A DNA stretch of 64,000 bases from Verrucomicrobiota bacterium (GCA_023269675.1 JAHFSX010000033.1:3841-67840); one strand, 5' to 3'; shown: positions 37,725 through 51,086, counted from the stretch's first letter. Notes: generated by a model from the sequence alone, not told the origin. A program made the numbers and translations.

Positions 37725-38419
37725 TTCGGAACCTTTCTCAACGTGAAGAAACGATTGCCAGCCAAGGATCCATCCTGGGGGGAAGGGATCGCGACGAAAT
37801 TGCCGCCGGGATGATAGGAGCCCACGTCCGTCATCCAGGAGTAGGCCCGCCCCGTGACCTCCGTTTTGCCCACGCGTTTCAGTCCCGCAAAGCGGTCGGC
37901 ACCCTCGATGCCCTCTTTCAAATAGGCCCGCGAAAGTCCCTGCGCGTAGTTTAAAAGACCGGCAAAGCGTCCGGGCTTGTCGCCGCGGTTGGCGATGCTG
38001 AGCAGGTTGTCGATCCGCTCCTCCACGCGGGGCGCGGCCACAAACTTGCCGGCCGCATTGAGGTAGAAGCCCTCGCACTGCCGCTTGCCGCCTGCGCCGG
38101 TGATGACGTCAATGATATTCGAGGAGCGGACGCCTGCGATCTGCACCTGCCGGTACCCTTGCGGAATATGCTGGATGCGCGCATGCAGCACCCAGAGAAC
38201 AGCGAGCATGGAGCCCTTCGAGTCGGCTTCGCTGAGGAACCCCCGCTCGCCAGGGAACGCCGTTTCGTTAACCAGCAGCCGGGCCAGATAGCCGGAGGGT
38301 GAGTCCCGACGGTCAAGTTCCGCAAAGCTCGGCGCCGCCTGCGCCAGCCGCGCAAACAGAGCGATGCTTAGCGTCAACGCAAGCTTCAGACTGGGCATCT
38401 GCAAGAGGTGTCGTAGCAT
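37721..38419 (-). CDS. Secreted protein, putative divergent SleB/Hydrolase_2 cell-wall hydrolase
   Basis: Signal peptide; LARLLVNE...LAVLWVLHAR...IIDVI...QCEGF...LAGNRFF parallels the SleB LAxxxxxE...AVxxVxxNR...VI..QF...IGxHxF pattern. Confidence 0.5.
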   Translation of the reverse strand: MLRHLLQMPSLKLALTLSIALFARLAQAAPSFAELDRRDSPSGYLARLLVNETAFPGERGFLSEADSKGSMLAVLWVLHARIQHIPQGYRQVQIAGVRSSNIIDVITGAGGKRQCEGFYLNAAGKFVAAPRVEERIDNLLSIANRGDKPGRFAGLLNYAQGLSRAYLKEGIEGADRFAGLKRVGKTEVTGRAYSWMTDVGSYHPGGNFVAIPSPQDGSLAGNRFFTLRKVPK

Positions 38420-38530
38420 GGATCTCTCTTTTTAACACAGCTTACCGCGAGTTGTCACGGGCTCACCGAAATAATCGGGACATCTTTGATTTCGCAAGGG
38501 CGCGGCACCCGCTTAATCATCGCCAAATCG

Positions 38531-38565
38531 AAAAACGCCCCGCCGCCTTTCGTGGCGGCGAAGCG
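38531..38565 (-). terminator. Intrinsic terminator after the DUF3313 gene
   Basis: Minus strand CGCTTCGCCGCC-ACGAAA-GGCGGCGGGGCG-TTTTT. Confidence 0.7.
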
Positions 38566-38597
38566 TCCGGATGAATCCGTGCACAGGCAGGGCCGGT

Positions 38598-39314
38598 TCA
38601 GCGGGCTGCCGGAGCCTTGCCCCTCTTCTCGACCAGCCGGTCATGGAGTTGCTCGGCCCAGAAATCGCAGGCGTCCTCGACCGCATGCCACCGGCTGAAC
38701 TTGTCGAATTTGAGGGTGATCTTACGTCCGACGCGGGCATCCACCGCCGCGAAGAGCCGCCGGTTGGTCATCGAATCCAAGCCCTCGCACTCGGCACCGA
38801 TCGTGCCCACATTGAGGTGCTCGCCGGTGGCAATCGCCTTGACGCTGCTGAGCGCGAGGCCGATCGGCAAAATGGTCGAGACCGTGTCCAGCACGACTTT
38901 GGAACCTGTCGCCTCGGTGAGGGCCACCCGCACGCGCATCACGCCGGGGCCGGGTTGGCTGACCAGCGCGTAATCTTTCTTAAGCTGCTCGCGCAACGCG
39001 GCGTCGAAGTAATTCAGCAGCTGCTGCTGTTTCTCTTTGGAGAGCTTGGCCATGCTGCTGTCCTTGTTCGCCGCATAGGCGCGGACAGGCTCAAGCAGGA
39101 TCTTGTTGTAGGCGCGGAAGTTCGCTTGAGGGTCGATATAGCTCAGCATCGCCGTATCTCCGCCCCGCTCCTTCAGCTGGCTGTAGTCGCTCAGGAACCC
39201 GGACCCTTTCACCGAGCGCTGCTGATAGGTCGATGCACATCCGCCCAACAACAGCGTACCTAGGAGTGCCACACCCGCGGCGCAGACTATGGATGCGAAT
39301 TTATTCTTGTTCAT
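38598..39314 (-). CDS. DUF3313 family lipoprotein
   Basis: Lipobox LLGG-C; SGFLSDYSQL, PGPGVMRVRVALT, DS.T...L.AAVD.R. Confidence 0.85.
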   Translation of the reverse strand: MNKNKFASIVCAAGVALLGTLLLGGCASTYQQRSVKGSGFLSDYSQLKERGGDTAMLSYIDPQANFRAYNKILLEPVRAYAANKDSSMAKLSKEKQQQLLNYFDAALREQLKKDYALVSQPGPGVMRVRVALTEATGSKVVLDTVSTILPIGLALSSVKAIATGEHLNVGTIGAECEGLDSMTNRRLFAAVDARVGRKITLKFDKFSRWHAVEDACDFWAEQLHDRLVEKRGKAPAAR

Positions 39315-39344
39315 TGCTTCCTCCTTCTTTGTGCGTTGCTAAAA

Positions 39345-39959
39345 CTAAGGCTTCTCGACGAGAACCGCATGGGTCTCGGTATATCGGATTACAATCTCCT
39401 CACCAATCTTGCGTTGGGAGAGATCGACATCTTGACGAACGGTAAAGGTCTTGGTCGTGCCATCCGGCAACTGAATCATCGCTTTACGGCTCTTTCTGTC
39501 CAGTCCGACGACTTTGGCGGTGATCTGCGTGGTTTCCGCCATGAGTACCCCGGGCTTGTCGCCTTCCGCAGCCAAGGCCACGACCGCGCGCTTCCCGTCG
39601 GGCAACGTCAGAACGTCCTTGGCCATGGAAACGACCAGTTCCGAGGCGACCGTGACCTTCACCTGATCGCCGATACGGATCTGATTGAAATTGGCGACTT
39701 CCGGACCCGCTTTGATAACCCGCTGTTTGCCATCCGGGGTGACGACGGTCACTTTGCGATTCGCCGCATCGACAGAGGTTACGGTGGCTGTGATTTTGGT
39801 GGTTTCCACCGCGTACATGCCGGGTTCGCTCCCCTTCGTGACGATCCGTTGCTCCGTTTGCCCTTTGGGCAGAGAGGAGCAGGCTGCGGTCATCAGCAAG
39901 GCCAATGACAGGGCCGCAGGCGTCGCGAGTTTCAGCAATTTCAGGCTCTTGGTATCCAT
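39345..39959 (-). CDS. Lipoprotein with two OB-fold-like repeats (paralog of 54389-55003)
   Basis: Lipobox TAA-C; internal duplication TATVTSVD..NRKVTV...IGDQV / TAKVVGLD..SRKAMI...IGEEI. Confidence 0.75.
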   Translation of the reverse strand: MDTKSLKLLKLATPAALSLALLMTAACSSLPKGQTEQRIVTKGSEPGMYAVETTKITATVTSVDAANRKVTVVTPDGKQRVIKAGPEVANFNQIRIGDQVKVTVASELVVSMAKDVLTLPDGKRAVVALAAEGDKPGVLMAETTQITAKVVGLDRKSRKAMIQLPDGTTKTFTVRQDVDLSQRKIGEEIVIRYTETHAVLVEKP

Positions 39960-40050
39960 CGTTTCTCCTTTTGTTGTGGGTTCATTCCCGCTCCGACTCC
40001 GTCTGCAAGGGTCGGCTCATAAGTTCTGGTTGCGCTGAAAAAGCCGATCA

Positions 40051-40135
40051 TGGAGGGTCGGGACGAAGCCCGACCCTCCAGAATGCCAGAAAAACACACC
40101 TCTGTGCGCGTGGAGGGACGACCTCCGTGTCGTCC
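40051..40135. repeat. Pair of GGAG-tailed REP-like hairpins
   Basis: TGGAGGGTCGGG-ACGAAG-CCCGACCCTCCA (40051-40080) and TGGAG-GGACGAC-CTCCGT-GTCGTCC (40111-40135). Confidence 0.6.
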
Positions 40136-40387
40136 ACCGACTTTTAAGCGCACCTACGTTCTGACTTGTTTTACGGCCACGCAGGCCTTGCCGACATTGT
40201 CCTTGGTTACCGCATGACATCATCACTGGCGTTATTCCAAAACGCATCCCTAGCGTTACGCTCTACCGAACATCGTTTTGATCATAGCATTTCGATCAGG
40301 CCGATCCCATCCCTATTTTATTACACACTGACGGCAAGGGACCGTCCGGAAGCGTGATCGTTTTCGGGTGAACCGGGACGGGCCGCA

Positions 40388-41482
40388 TCACTGCGCCGGA
40401 ATGGTGATCAGCGGCAGTTTCTCGGGGCTGCCGGTATCTGCCAGCGTGAAGAAGAACATCACGACCGTGAGCGCGCGCTTGGTTTGCAGGTCGCCATTGT
40501 CAACCCAATACCAATAGTCGCGGTACCGCACGGCGGCAAAGGCGCCGGTCGGCTTCTCCTTGCCGCTGTAAATCCGAGGTGCGGGCCTGAGGCTGTCCGC
40601 CGCAGAGGTGTTGACAGGAGCGGGCCACGCGCTGTGCTCCTTGAGATGGGCCTCGGGCACGTCCAGCCTGCTGGCGAAGGCCTGCATGATCTGCAACATG
40701 GAACGGCTGTTCACAGCCAACTCATTCTCCGCGCCGCGCATCGGCGAATAGGTGAGAGTAAATTTCTGCTGGTCCGCAGGCAACTTGAGCAACTGCCGGA
40801 TTTCAGCCCCTTTTGCGAAGATCTCGGCATTGACATCGTCACGCCGGAAGAACACCACGCCGGTGGAGCCTTTGGACTTGTCCTCCTCGACGCGCATCCC
40901 GAAGGCCCCAGCCGCCTGCACCTCGCGCAGCAAGTCCAGCGCGCGGATAAACTCCGGGTCCGCCTCCCTCACCGTGCCGCCTGCCGTCGAGCGGTTGCGC
41001 ACCCCGTTGAGCGACTCGACGGACAGGCTCAGAATGAAGTCCGCCGCATAACCGGACTGCAGCATGAAGAATATGCTTTTGGGATCAATCGGCGTGATCA
41101 GGCCGCGCAGGAACTTTTCCCCGGTCATCGGAACATAGGTGATGGTGGGCCGGTCTGTGAACCGGGACGAGCCTCCCAGCGAGAGCATGCTGCCGCCCAG
41201 CGCGTCAGTCTCCGGCCATGTTTTTCCGGCCGTGAGCGCGGTTTCCATCGAGTACCCGCTGACGATGGATGCCACGTCCACGAAGACGGGCAAATCCATG
41301 TAGCGCATTTTGACGATGTTGAGCAGCGTCTGCTGTTTCCACGAGTCGGCGATGGCGGAACTGTAGTCGAAACGATCCATCGACACGGTCTTCGGCCCCA
41401 GGTGCGAACAGCCGGCCGGAGCCAGTCCACAGGCCAGCGCGAGGCTGAGGGGGAGGAGAAGGGATGCGGCTTGATTATTCAT
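40388..41482 (-). CDS. Hypothetical lipoprotein
   Basis: Lipobox APAG-C; LLNIVKMRY.D.P.F.DV, PTITYVP motifs typical of an uncharacterised lipoprotein family. Confidence 0.75.
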   Translation of the reverse strand: MNNQAASLLLPLSLALACGLAPAGCSHLGPKTVSMDRFDYSSAIADSWKQQTLLNIVKMRYMDLPVFVDVASIVSGYSMETALTAGKTWPETDALGGSMLSLGGSSRFTDRPTITYVPMTGEKFLRGLITPIDPKSIFFMLQSGYAADFILSLSVESLNGVRNRSTAGGTVREADPEFIRALDLLREVQAAGAFGMRVEEDKSKGSTGVVFFRRDDVNAEIFAKGAEIRQLLKLPADQQKFTLTYSPMRGAENELAVNSRSMLQIMQAFASRLDVPEAHLKEHSAWPAPVNTSAADSLRPAPRIYSGKEKPTGAFAAVRYRDYWYWVDNGDLQTKRALTVVMFFFTLADTGSPEKLPLITIPAQ

Positions 41483-41515
41483 GGTTGCTTCCGTCGTTTC
41501 ATGGTCGTTCGATTT

Positions 41516-42724
41516 TTAGAACAGGAGCTTCAGCAGCCGCTCGAGTAGATCCTCCAGCGGCATCATCGTCAACAGCAGCGGCGTCACGGGGAGCAGCGTG
41601 GTCACGGCCAACTGCAGCACGGTCCGCAAGGTGAAAGGCATCAGCTTCATGCCCTTCACGACGTTGAAGCTGTTGCCGAGATCGGCCAGCGACTGGATGT
41701 CCCCGCTGCCGATCAGAGGCGCGTCAGCCGACGCGCCGCCGCGCAGCCATTTGTTGTCGAACTCGCGCACGTAACGCTGCGCCAGCGTGCCGTACTCGCG
41801 CAGGCCTGTACGCCGGACCGCTTCGAGTTTCGGAACGAACACCAGCAGCGGCCCGAGGATAGCGAACACCATCACCGCCACTAACCCGACGACTTCCATC
41901 TTGAAATCGGGGAGTTTCGCACCCGCGTAAAAAATCCGGTTGGCCATCACCCCGGCGAGCAGCGTGCCCTGGGCCAGCAGCACGGGGGAAAAGGCCTGTA
42001 TGGTTCCCGCCAGAAAGCCGAGACCCCCGCAATCGTCCGGATGCGTCGGCACGAGTTGCAGCTCGATGCGCGAGACCTGCCACAGGAAGCGCGCCCAGAT
42101 GAACAGGCGGAAATACCAGCGCAGGAGCAGAAACTGAAACAACGGCAGGCTCACGCAGCCCAGCCACCAGCCGGCCAGCGTCGGCTGCAGCTTTCCGTCC
42201 ACCGCCACGCCATACCAGCTCGACACGTCGAGCGCCGCCGTCATCCGCCAGACGAACAGCACGCCGACTCCATAGACAACGGCGATCAGGAGTGCTTCCG
42301 CCGTGGTCGAATTGCGCAGGCTCACAGCCGAGGCGATGGCCGCGTCGAATTTCGCCCGCGCCGCGTCCGGGATCAGTCCGCGGTCCAGAAACTGCCGCAC
42401 CACCGGCCGCATCCGCCGGTGAACCACCAGCTCCGCCAAGACCAGCAGGGGCAACGCGAGCAACAGACGAACGTGAATCTCCGCATCGAGGAGAAACGGC
42501 AGCTTGACGCCCCCACCCCACGCATGTTCTTCCGCAACCGACAACACCAACAACGGCAGCCACGCAAGGACGGACAGGATGACCACGCGTCGCATGAGCA
42601 GCTCTAGCGCATCTTCGCCCGCCAGATGTGTGCGGCGGAAGAGCTGATAGAGCGGCCCGCCCAAGACGAGGGAAAAGTCCGGCGGATTCTGGAGCGGATT
42701 TAAATCCTCGGTATTCTTTAACAT
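41516..42724 (-). CDS. Multi-pass hypothetical membrane protein
   Basis: Several TM segments; conserved-looking HPDDCGGLGFL and DIQSLADL motifs. Confidence 0.75.
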   Translation of the reverse strand: MLKNTEDLNPLQNPPDFSLVLGGPLYQLFRRTHLAGEDALELLMRRVVILSVLAWLPLLVLSVAEEHAWGGGVKLPFLLDAEIHVRLLLALPLLVLAELVVHRRMRPVVRQFLDRGLIPDAARAKFDAAIASAVSLRNSTTAEALLIAVVYGVGVLFVWRMTAALDVSSWYGVAVDGKLQPTLAGWWLGCVSLPLFQFLLLRWYFRLFIWARFLWQVSRIELQLVPTHPDDCGGLGFLAGTIQAFSPVLLAQGTLLAGVMANRIFYAGAKLPDFKMEVVGLVAVMVFAILGPLLVFVPKLEAVRRTGLREYGTLAQRYVREFDNKWLRGGASADAPLIGSGDIQSLADLGNSFNVVKGMKLMPFTLRTVLQLAVTTLLPVTPLLLTMMPLEDLLERLLKLLF

Positions 42725-42750
42725 AGATCAGGCACCTTACTGCATGTCCT

Positions 42751-44225
42751 TTAATTCAGGGATAGCGTAAAAACGTGGTACCCCCAAGGGGGCAGGTCCA
42801 AATAGAGGCCGCCTGACAGGAGGTCGACGCCTGCACGCTCATATTCGGCCGCCCCCATCATATCCTTCAGCCGCACAGTCCGGCCAGCCAATTCAGGAAA
42901 GGGCAGCCGGACGTAGCATTGGCTCGTTTGGGGAGCATAATTGACCGTCACCAGCAAGCGGTCTCCAGCTGCCTTTTCCCAAGCAAAAGCCAAGAAGCAG
43001 TCCCACGTCCAGTTGCCCTCCCAGGCCGGTGCACAGTCGAGCAGACGCCACCGGCCGTCACGAACCTGCGGTTGCCGGAGCACGTCCAGCAGCCCGTCAT
43101 AGAATTCCTGAAGCCTTTCGTCGGCAGGCTCGGCCGGAGCACGGACCAGGTGCGGGGAAATGCGCTTTCGCCGGCCCGCGAACTGGCCCTGATGGAAGAA
43201 CCGCAGTCCGGGTGACAAATACGTGATGACCGCCGCCGCCTTGTGGATTTCCAGCGGGAACGCGGCCGCCGCACGCGGCTCGTCATGGTTCTCCAGAAAC
43301 CGTGCCAGCTTGTTTTGATATTCGATACCGGCACGGAAATGGTCGCGGACCTGATGGGCTGCGCCCGCGGTCAGCCGGTCATAAAGCCGCTTGTCGTACG
43401 TATAATCAAATCCCTGCTGCTGCAGCGTCCATTCCAGATCCCAATAGACCTCGGCCATAAATAAAAAGCCGGGATGCTCCTTCCGGACCTGCCGCGTAAC
43501 GTTCGGCCAGAACGCCTCCACCCGGCGCCCCCAGGTGCGTTCGAAAACGTCCGGAAGCACAAGCATGGCCATATCGCATCTCACACCGTCGCACCGGGCG
43601 GCAATTTGCCGCAACTCTCCCAGCATGGCCGCCCGCGTGGCCGGATTGCCGTAGTCGAGTTGCAGCGTATCCGGCCATCCGGGGTAGGAGGGGTCCCGTC
43701 CATGAGCCAAAACCAAGTCGCCCTCGGCCCGCCTGACCCGCATGTAATTTTGCGGCTCCCGCGCCAGGTCAGCCTCTGTCCCGATCACATAATATTCAGG
43801 ATGCTGCTCGACCCAAGGGTGATCCACTCCCGTGTGGTTGGGGACAAAATCGAGCATCAGCTTCAGGCCGCGTTTTTGGAGTCGCGCGCGCAGGCGCGCA
43901 AGCGCCTCATCCCCTCCCAGGCCGGGATGCGTCATATAGGCCGTGATCGCGAAACCCGACCCTGCGATATCCTCCTCACGCAGGTCCGGCAAGGTCTCCT
44001 CGAACTCCTCGCGCCACTCGCGCCGGCCGCGCGAGATCCGCTGCCCGGCGATCCCGGTACACCACACGCTCAGAAACCAAACCCAGTCGAATCCCGTCGC
44101 GGCCAGACGGTCCAACTCGGCGTCCGGCAGGTCGTCCAGCGTCGCCGGATGGCCCAGTGCCTGGGACAATTCCGTGAGCCAGACGCGCGTGTTGACTTGA
44201 ATCAGCGAGGGATAACGATCGTTCG

Positions 44226-44229
<4 letters not shown>
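42751..44229 (-). CDS. Alpha-amylase family (GH13) glycosidase
   Basis: LDFVPNH, DGVRCDMA, FMAEVYW, FLENHDE catalytic regions. Confidence 0.9.
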
Positions 44230-46958
<2,729 letters not shown>

Positions 46959-46975
46959 GCCATCCTCCTTGTTTT

Positions 46976-49498
46976 TCAAGCGTCGACCGGCGACTGCGCT
47001 CCGACGGCCACGGGCTTCACGTGCCACACGCGCGCGCAGTAGTCGCGAATGGAGCGGTCCGAGGAGAACTTGCCCATGCGCGCCGCGTTGAGGATGGACT
47101 TACGGGTCCAAGCCTGCGGGTCACGCCAGAGCGCGCTGACCTGGTCTTGGGCCTCCACGTAGGCCTGATAGTCGGCCAGCACGAGAAACGGGTCGTGCGC
47201 CAGCAGGTTCTCCGCGAGCGGGCGGAAGAGATTCGTGTCGCCGCCGGCCAGCACACCGGAGGCGATGAAGTCCAGCACCTCGCGCAGGGCCGCATTCCGC
47301 TCGTAGAAAGCGGCGGGCCTGTAACCGCGGGCTATTACGGCCTCGACCTGGTCGGCCGTCAGACCAAAGAGGAAGAAGTTCTCCATTCCGACTTCCTCGC
47401 GTATTTCGACATTGGCGCCGTCGAGGGTGCCGATGGTGAGCGCCCCGTTCATGGCGAACTTCATGTTGCCGGTGCCGGAAGCCTCCTTGCCCGCGGTGGA
47501 TATCTGCTCGCTCAGGTCGGCGGCAGGAAAGACGTGCTGGGCGTTCTTCACGTTGTAGTCCGGGAAGAACACGACCTTCAGACGGCCGCGGACTGCGGGG
47601 TCGTTGTTCACGACTTCCGCCACCGAGCCGATCAGCTTGATGATCAGCTTGGCCAGATAGTAGCCCGGCGCGGCCTTGGCGCCGAAGATGAAGGTGCGCG
47701 CCGGCACGTCGGCCTGCGGATCGCGCTTGAGGCGCAGATAGAGCGTGAGGATGTGGAGCACGTTGAGGTGCTGCCGCTTGTACTCGTGGAGACGCTTGAC
47801 CTGGACGTCGAACAGCGACTCGGGATTGACCGTGATGCCGGTGCGCTGCCCGATGAGGGCCGCAAGGTCGCGCTTGGCCAAAAGCTTCACGGCGCGCCAC
47901 TGTTGCTGGAATTCCGCGTCCGCCGCCAACGGCTCCAATTGTCGGAGCTGGGCGAGATCGCGAAGCCAGCCATCGCCGATGCGCCCGGTGATGAGCTCGG
48001 CGAGCGGCGGATTGCTGACGGCGATGAAGCGGCGCGGCGTGACACCGTTGGTCACATTGGTGAACCTGTCCGGCCACATCTCGGCAAAGTCGCGCATGAC
48101 GGTCCTGACCAGCAGGTCAGAATGGAGTTCCGCGACGCCGTTGACCCGGTGGCTGCCCACCGTCGCCAAATGGGCCATGCGCACGTAACGTTCGCCGCTT
48201 TCGTCAATCAGTGACATTCGGCGCAGGCGGGCGTCATCGCCCGGGAATTTCGCACGCACGGCGTCGAGGAAGTGGCGGTTGATCTCATAAATGATTTCGA
48301 GGTGCCGCGGCAGCAGCTTGCCGAACAAGCCGACCGGCCATTTCTCCAGGGCCTCAGGCAGCAGCGTGTGGTTGGTGTAACCGAAGGTGTTTTGCGTCAC
48401 GTTCCAGGCGGTGGCCCAGTCCATCTGGTGCTCATCCACCAGCAGGCGCATCAGCTCCGCCACCGCGATGGACGGGTGGGTGTCGTTGAGCTGGACGGCC
48501 CACTTCTCGTGGAATGCGCCGAGCGGCCTTTTCAGCAACAGATGCACGCGGATCATGTCCTGCAGCGAGCAGGTGACGAAAAAGAACTGCTGCTGCAGCC
48601 GGAGGTTCTTGCCCTCGATCATCTCGTCGTTCGGGTAGAGCACCTTGGTGATGTTCTCAGAAAACATCTTGTCCTCGACGGCGCGGTAGTACTGGCCGTG
48701 GTTGAAAGCCGCAAAATCGAAGGACTCGACCGCCTCGGCCTTCCACAGCCGGAGCGGGTTGCAGGTGCCCACCCGGTAGCCGAGGATCGGCGTGTCATAA
48801 GCGACGCCTCTGACCACGGTCTCCGGAATCCAACGCACCCGGAAACGCCCCTGGTCGTCCACGCCGGCCTCGGTGCGTCCGCCAAAGCTCACATTGTACG
48901 CGATTTCGGGCCGGAGAATTTCCCACGGGTTGCCTAAGCGCAGCCACTTGTCCGTGATCTCCACCTGCCAGCCGTCTCGGATGGTCTGATCGAAGATGCC
49001 GAATTCATAGCGGATGCCATAGCCGATCGCGGGGATTTCGCAGCTGGCCAGCGAATCCTGGAAACAGGAAGCCAAGCGCCCCAACCCGCCGTTACCTAGA
49101 CCCGGCTCCTCCTCCTGCTCGATCAACTCGTCGAGGTTTAACCCGAGTTCAGACATCGCCTGCCGGGCCTGATCGACGATGCCAAGGCTGAGCAGGTTGT
49201 TCATCAGATGCGGTCCGGGCAGAAATTCAGCGGAAAGGTACGCCACCACCCGGGCGTTCAGCTCACCGTAGGCTTCCAGCGTGTGGACGCCCTGTTTGAG
49301 CACCCGGTCACGGACGGAAAGCGCCAGCGCCGTGTAGGCATCGTTGCGCGTCGCCCCGGCGGGGACGCGTCCCAAGCCGCAAAAGAGGTTGTCGAGGAAC
49401 GACTGTTTAATGTCCGCGACACTCAGACCGGTGCGAACCCCGGCGGCGGGAGAGAGCTTGGTCGACTGCGTCGCGGATTTCTCTTTTGTTGTGCGCAT
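46976..49498 (-). CDS. glgP: Glycogen/starch phosphorylase
   Basis: GLGNGGLGRLA, QLNDTHP, KRLHEYKRQ, PLP site EASGTGNMKFAMNG. Confidence 0.97.
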   Translation of the reverse strand: MRTTKEKSATQSTKLSPAAGVRTGLSVADIKQSFLDNLFCGLGRVPAGATRNDAYTALALSVRDRVLKQGVHTLEAYGELNARVVAYLSAEFLPGPHLMNNLLSLGIVDQARQAMSELGLNLDELIEQEEEPGLGNGGLGRLASCFQDSLASCEIPAIGYGIRYEFGIFDQTIRDGWQVEITDKWLRLGNPWEILRPEIAYNVSFGGRTEAGVDDQGRFRVRWIPETVVRGVAYDTPILGYRVGTCNPLRLWKAEAVESFDFAAFNHGQYYRAVEDKMFSENITKVLYPNDEMIEGKNLRLQQQFFFVTCSLQDMIRVHLLLKRPLGAFHEKWAVQLNDTHPSIAVAELMRLLVDEHQMDWATAWNVTQNTFGYTNHTLLPEALEKWPVGLFGKLLPRHLEIIYEINRHFLDAVRAKFPGDDARLRRMSLIDESGERYVRMAHLATVGSHRVNGVAELHSDLLVRTVMRDFAEMWPDRFTNVTNGVTPRRFIAVSNPPLAELITGRIGDGWLRDLAQLRQLEPLAADAEFQQQWRAVKLLAKRDLAALIGQRTGITVNPESLFDVQVKRLHEYKRQHLNVLHILTLYLRLKRDPQADVPARTFIFGAKAAPGYYLAKLIIKLIGSVAEVVNNDPAVRGRLKVVFFPDYNVKNAQHVFPAADLSEQISTAGKEASGTGNMKFAMNGALTIGTLDGANVEIREEVGMENFFLFGLTADQVEAVIARGYRPAAFYERNAALREVLDFIASGVLAGGDTNLFRPLAENLLAHDPFLVLADYQAYVEAQDQVSALWRDPQAWTRKSILNAARMGKFSSDRSIRDYCARVWHVKPVAVGAQSPVDA

Positions 49499-49681
49499 GG
49501 TTAGATTCCTTGCAGCGTTTTTGGATGGTATCGCGTCCGGTCTCGGTTTTGAATCCCCTCTGGGTAGCCTTGCGTGCCGCTCGTGTGGCGGGCTGCGTTG
49601 GCTTGATTGTGTCGATATGCAGCGCCGTGTTTGCGTCGTGTTGACCGTCAGCGTGTTCTCCGACGGTTTGTTGCAGATTAT

Positions 49682-50944
49682 TTACTCGAACCGCTCCGGC
49701 TGTCCCGTCGCGGCCAAAACGGCGCTCCAAACGAAGCTGTCCGGATCCAGACATTTCTTCCGGGCGGCCAGCAGTTCGATGGGCACGTGGATGAATTGGT
49801 TGTGGAGGTAACCGATCACCAGCCCGGTCTTGCCGGCCATGGCGGCATGGACGGCATGCCGCGCGAAAAGGTCGCACAGGATCGAGTCCTCAGCGTTGGC
49901 CGGGCTACTGCGGATAATGTAGTTCGGATCGAAGTAACGCATGACCATCGGGATCTTCTCGGCTTTGAAATCGGCCTCGATGCGTTCGCGCAGGAACGGG
50001 CCAATGTCCTTGAGCTTGACGTTGCCCGAGGCATCGCGCTCCCCGCCGCTCGCCGCCAGCAGATCCTGTCCGGCACCTTCGGCGACCACCACGACCGCAT
50101 GCCCGCGATGAAGGATCCGCTGCCTGAGCGCGGCGAGGAAGCCGCGTTCGCCGTCCAGCCGGAAGGGCACCTCCGGGATCAGCGTGAAGTTCACGTCCTG
50201 ACTGGCCACCGTGGCGCCCGCCGCAATGAAGCCGGCGTGTCTGCCCATCAGTTTCACCAGCGAGATGCCGTTCTGGACACTTCGGGCTTCGATGTGCGCG
50301 CGGTCGAGAACCATCTGCGCCTCCTGCACGGCGGTCAGGTAGCCGAAGCTGCGGGTCACAAAGGCGATGTCGTTGTCCACCGTCTTCGGGATGCCCACCA
50401 CGGCCAAGGCGTGGCCGCGCCTTTTCGCTTCCTGATAGAGATCGTTCCCGCCGCGCTGCGTGCCGTCGCCGCCGATGGTGAAGAGCATGTTGACGCGGCG
50501 CGCGATCAGGTTGTCCACGGCCACCTGGATGTCCACGGGACCACGTGAAGTCCCGAGAATCGTTCCACCTTTCTTGTGGATGTCGTCCACGACGTCCGCT
50601 GTCAGCGCGATGGGCTCTGCGCCGCGCATCGGATCCAAGCCCTGGTAGCCGCCGCGGAACCCCAGCACGTCGCTGACCCCATAGGCGTGATAAAGCTGCA
50701 GGAACACGGAACGGATGACGTCGTTCAGCCCGGGGCAGAGGCCGCCGCAGGTGACGATGCCGGCCCGTGTCTGCTTCGGATCGAAGAAGAGCTTCGCCCG
50801 GGGGCCGGCCAGCTCGAACAACAACCCCTCGTCTAGGGGCACGCTCACCTTCCGCACAATCCGCTCAGGCACGAACAGGTCGTCGCCAATGGTGCGCCTG
50901 ACAGGCGACGGATAAGTCGCTTCACCCAGTTTCATGATCTGCAT
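49682..50944 (-). CDS. pfkA: ATP-dependent 6-phosphofructokinase (group II, clade X-like)
   Basis: TCGGLCPGLN, GGDGT, PKTVDND, MGR. Confidence 0.92.
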   Translation of the reverse strand: MQIMKLGEATYPSPVRRTIGDDLFVPERIVRKVSVPLDEGLLFELAGPRAKLFFDPKQTRAGIVTCGGLCPGLNDVIRSVFLQLYHAYGVSDVLGFRGGYQGLDPMRGAEPIALTADVVDDIHKKGGTILGTSRGPVDIQVAVDNLIARRVNMLFTIGGDGTQRGGNDLYQEAKRRGHALAVVGIPKTVDNDIAFVTRSFGYLTAVQEAQMVLDRAHIEARSVQNGISLVKLMGRHAGFIAAGATVASQDVNFTLIPEVPFRLDGERGFLAALRQRILHRGHAVVVVAEGAGQDLLAASGGERDASGNVKLKDIGPFLRERIEADFKAEKIPMVMRYFDPNYIIRSSPANAEDSILCDLFARHAVHAAMAGKTGLVIGYLHNQFIHVPIELLAARKKCLDPDSFVWSAVLAATGQPERFE

Positions 50945-51086
50945 AGAGACGTCCTCAATAAACTCATCAAATTGATGTGATTGTATTGTTTGAGAAGAAC
51001 AAATGCAAACGGAATCAAATCGCAGGAAATATGTGCGTGAGCAACTGTCGAACGGGCGAGCGGATGGGCCCAGCAGGAGGCTCCTT

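Noticed and set aside
50965-50977. CATCAAATTGATG palindrome upstream of pfk, resembling FNR half-sites
   Set aside because: Half-sites are in the wrong order and spacing for FNR (TTGAT-N4-ATCAA); too short to assign.
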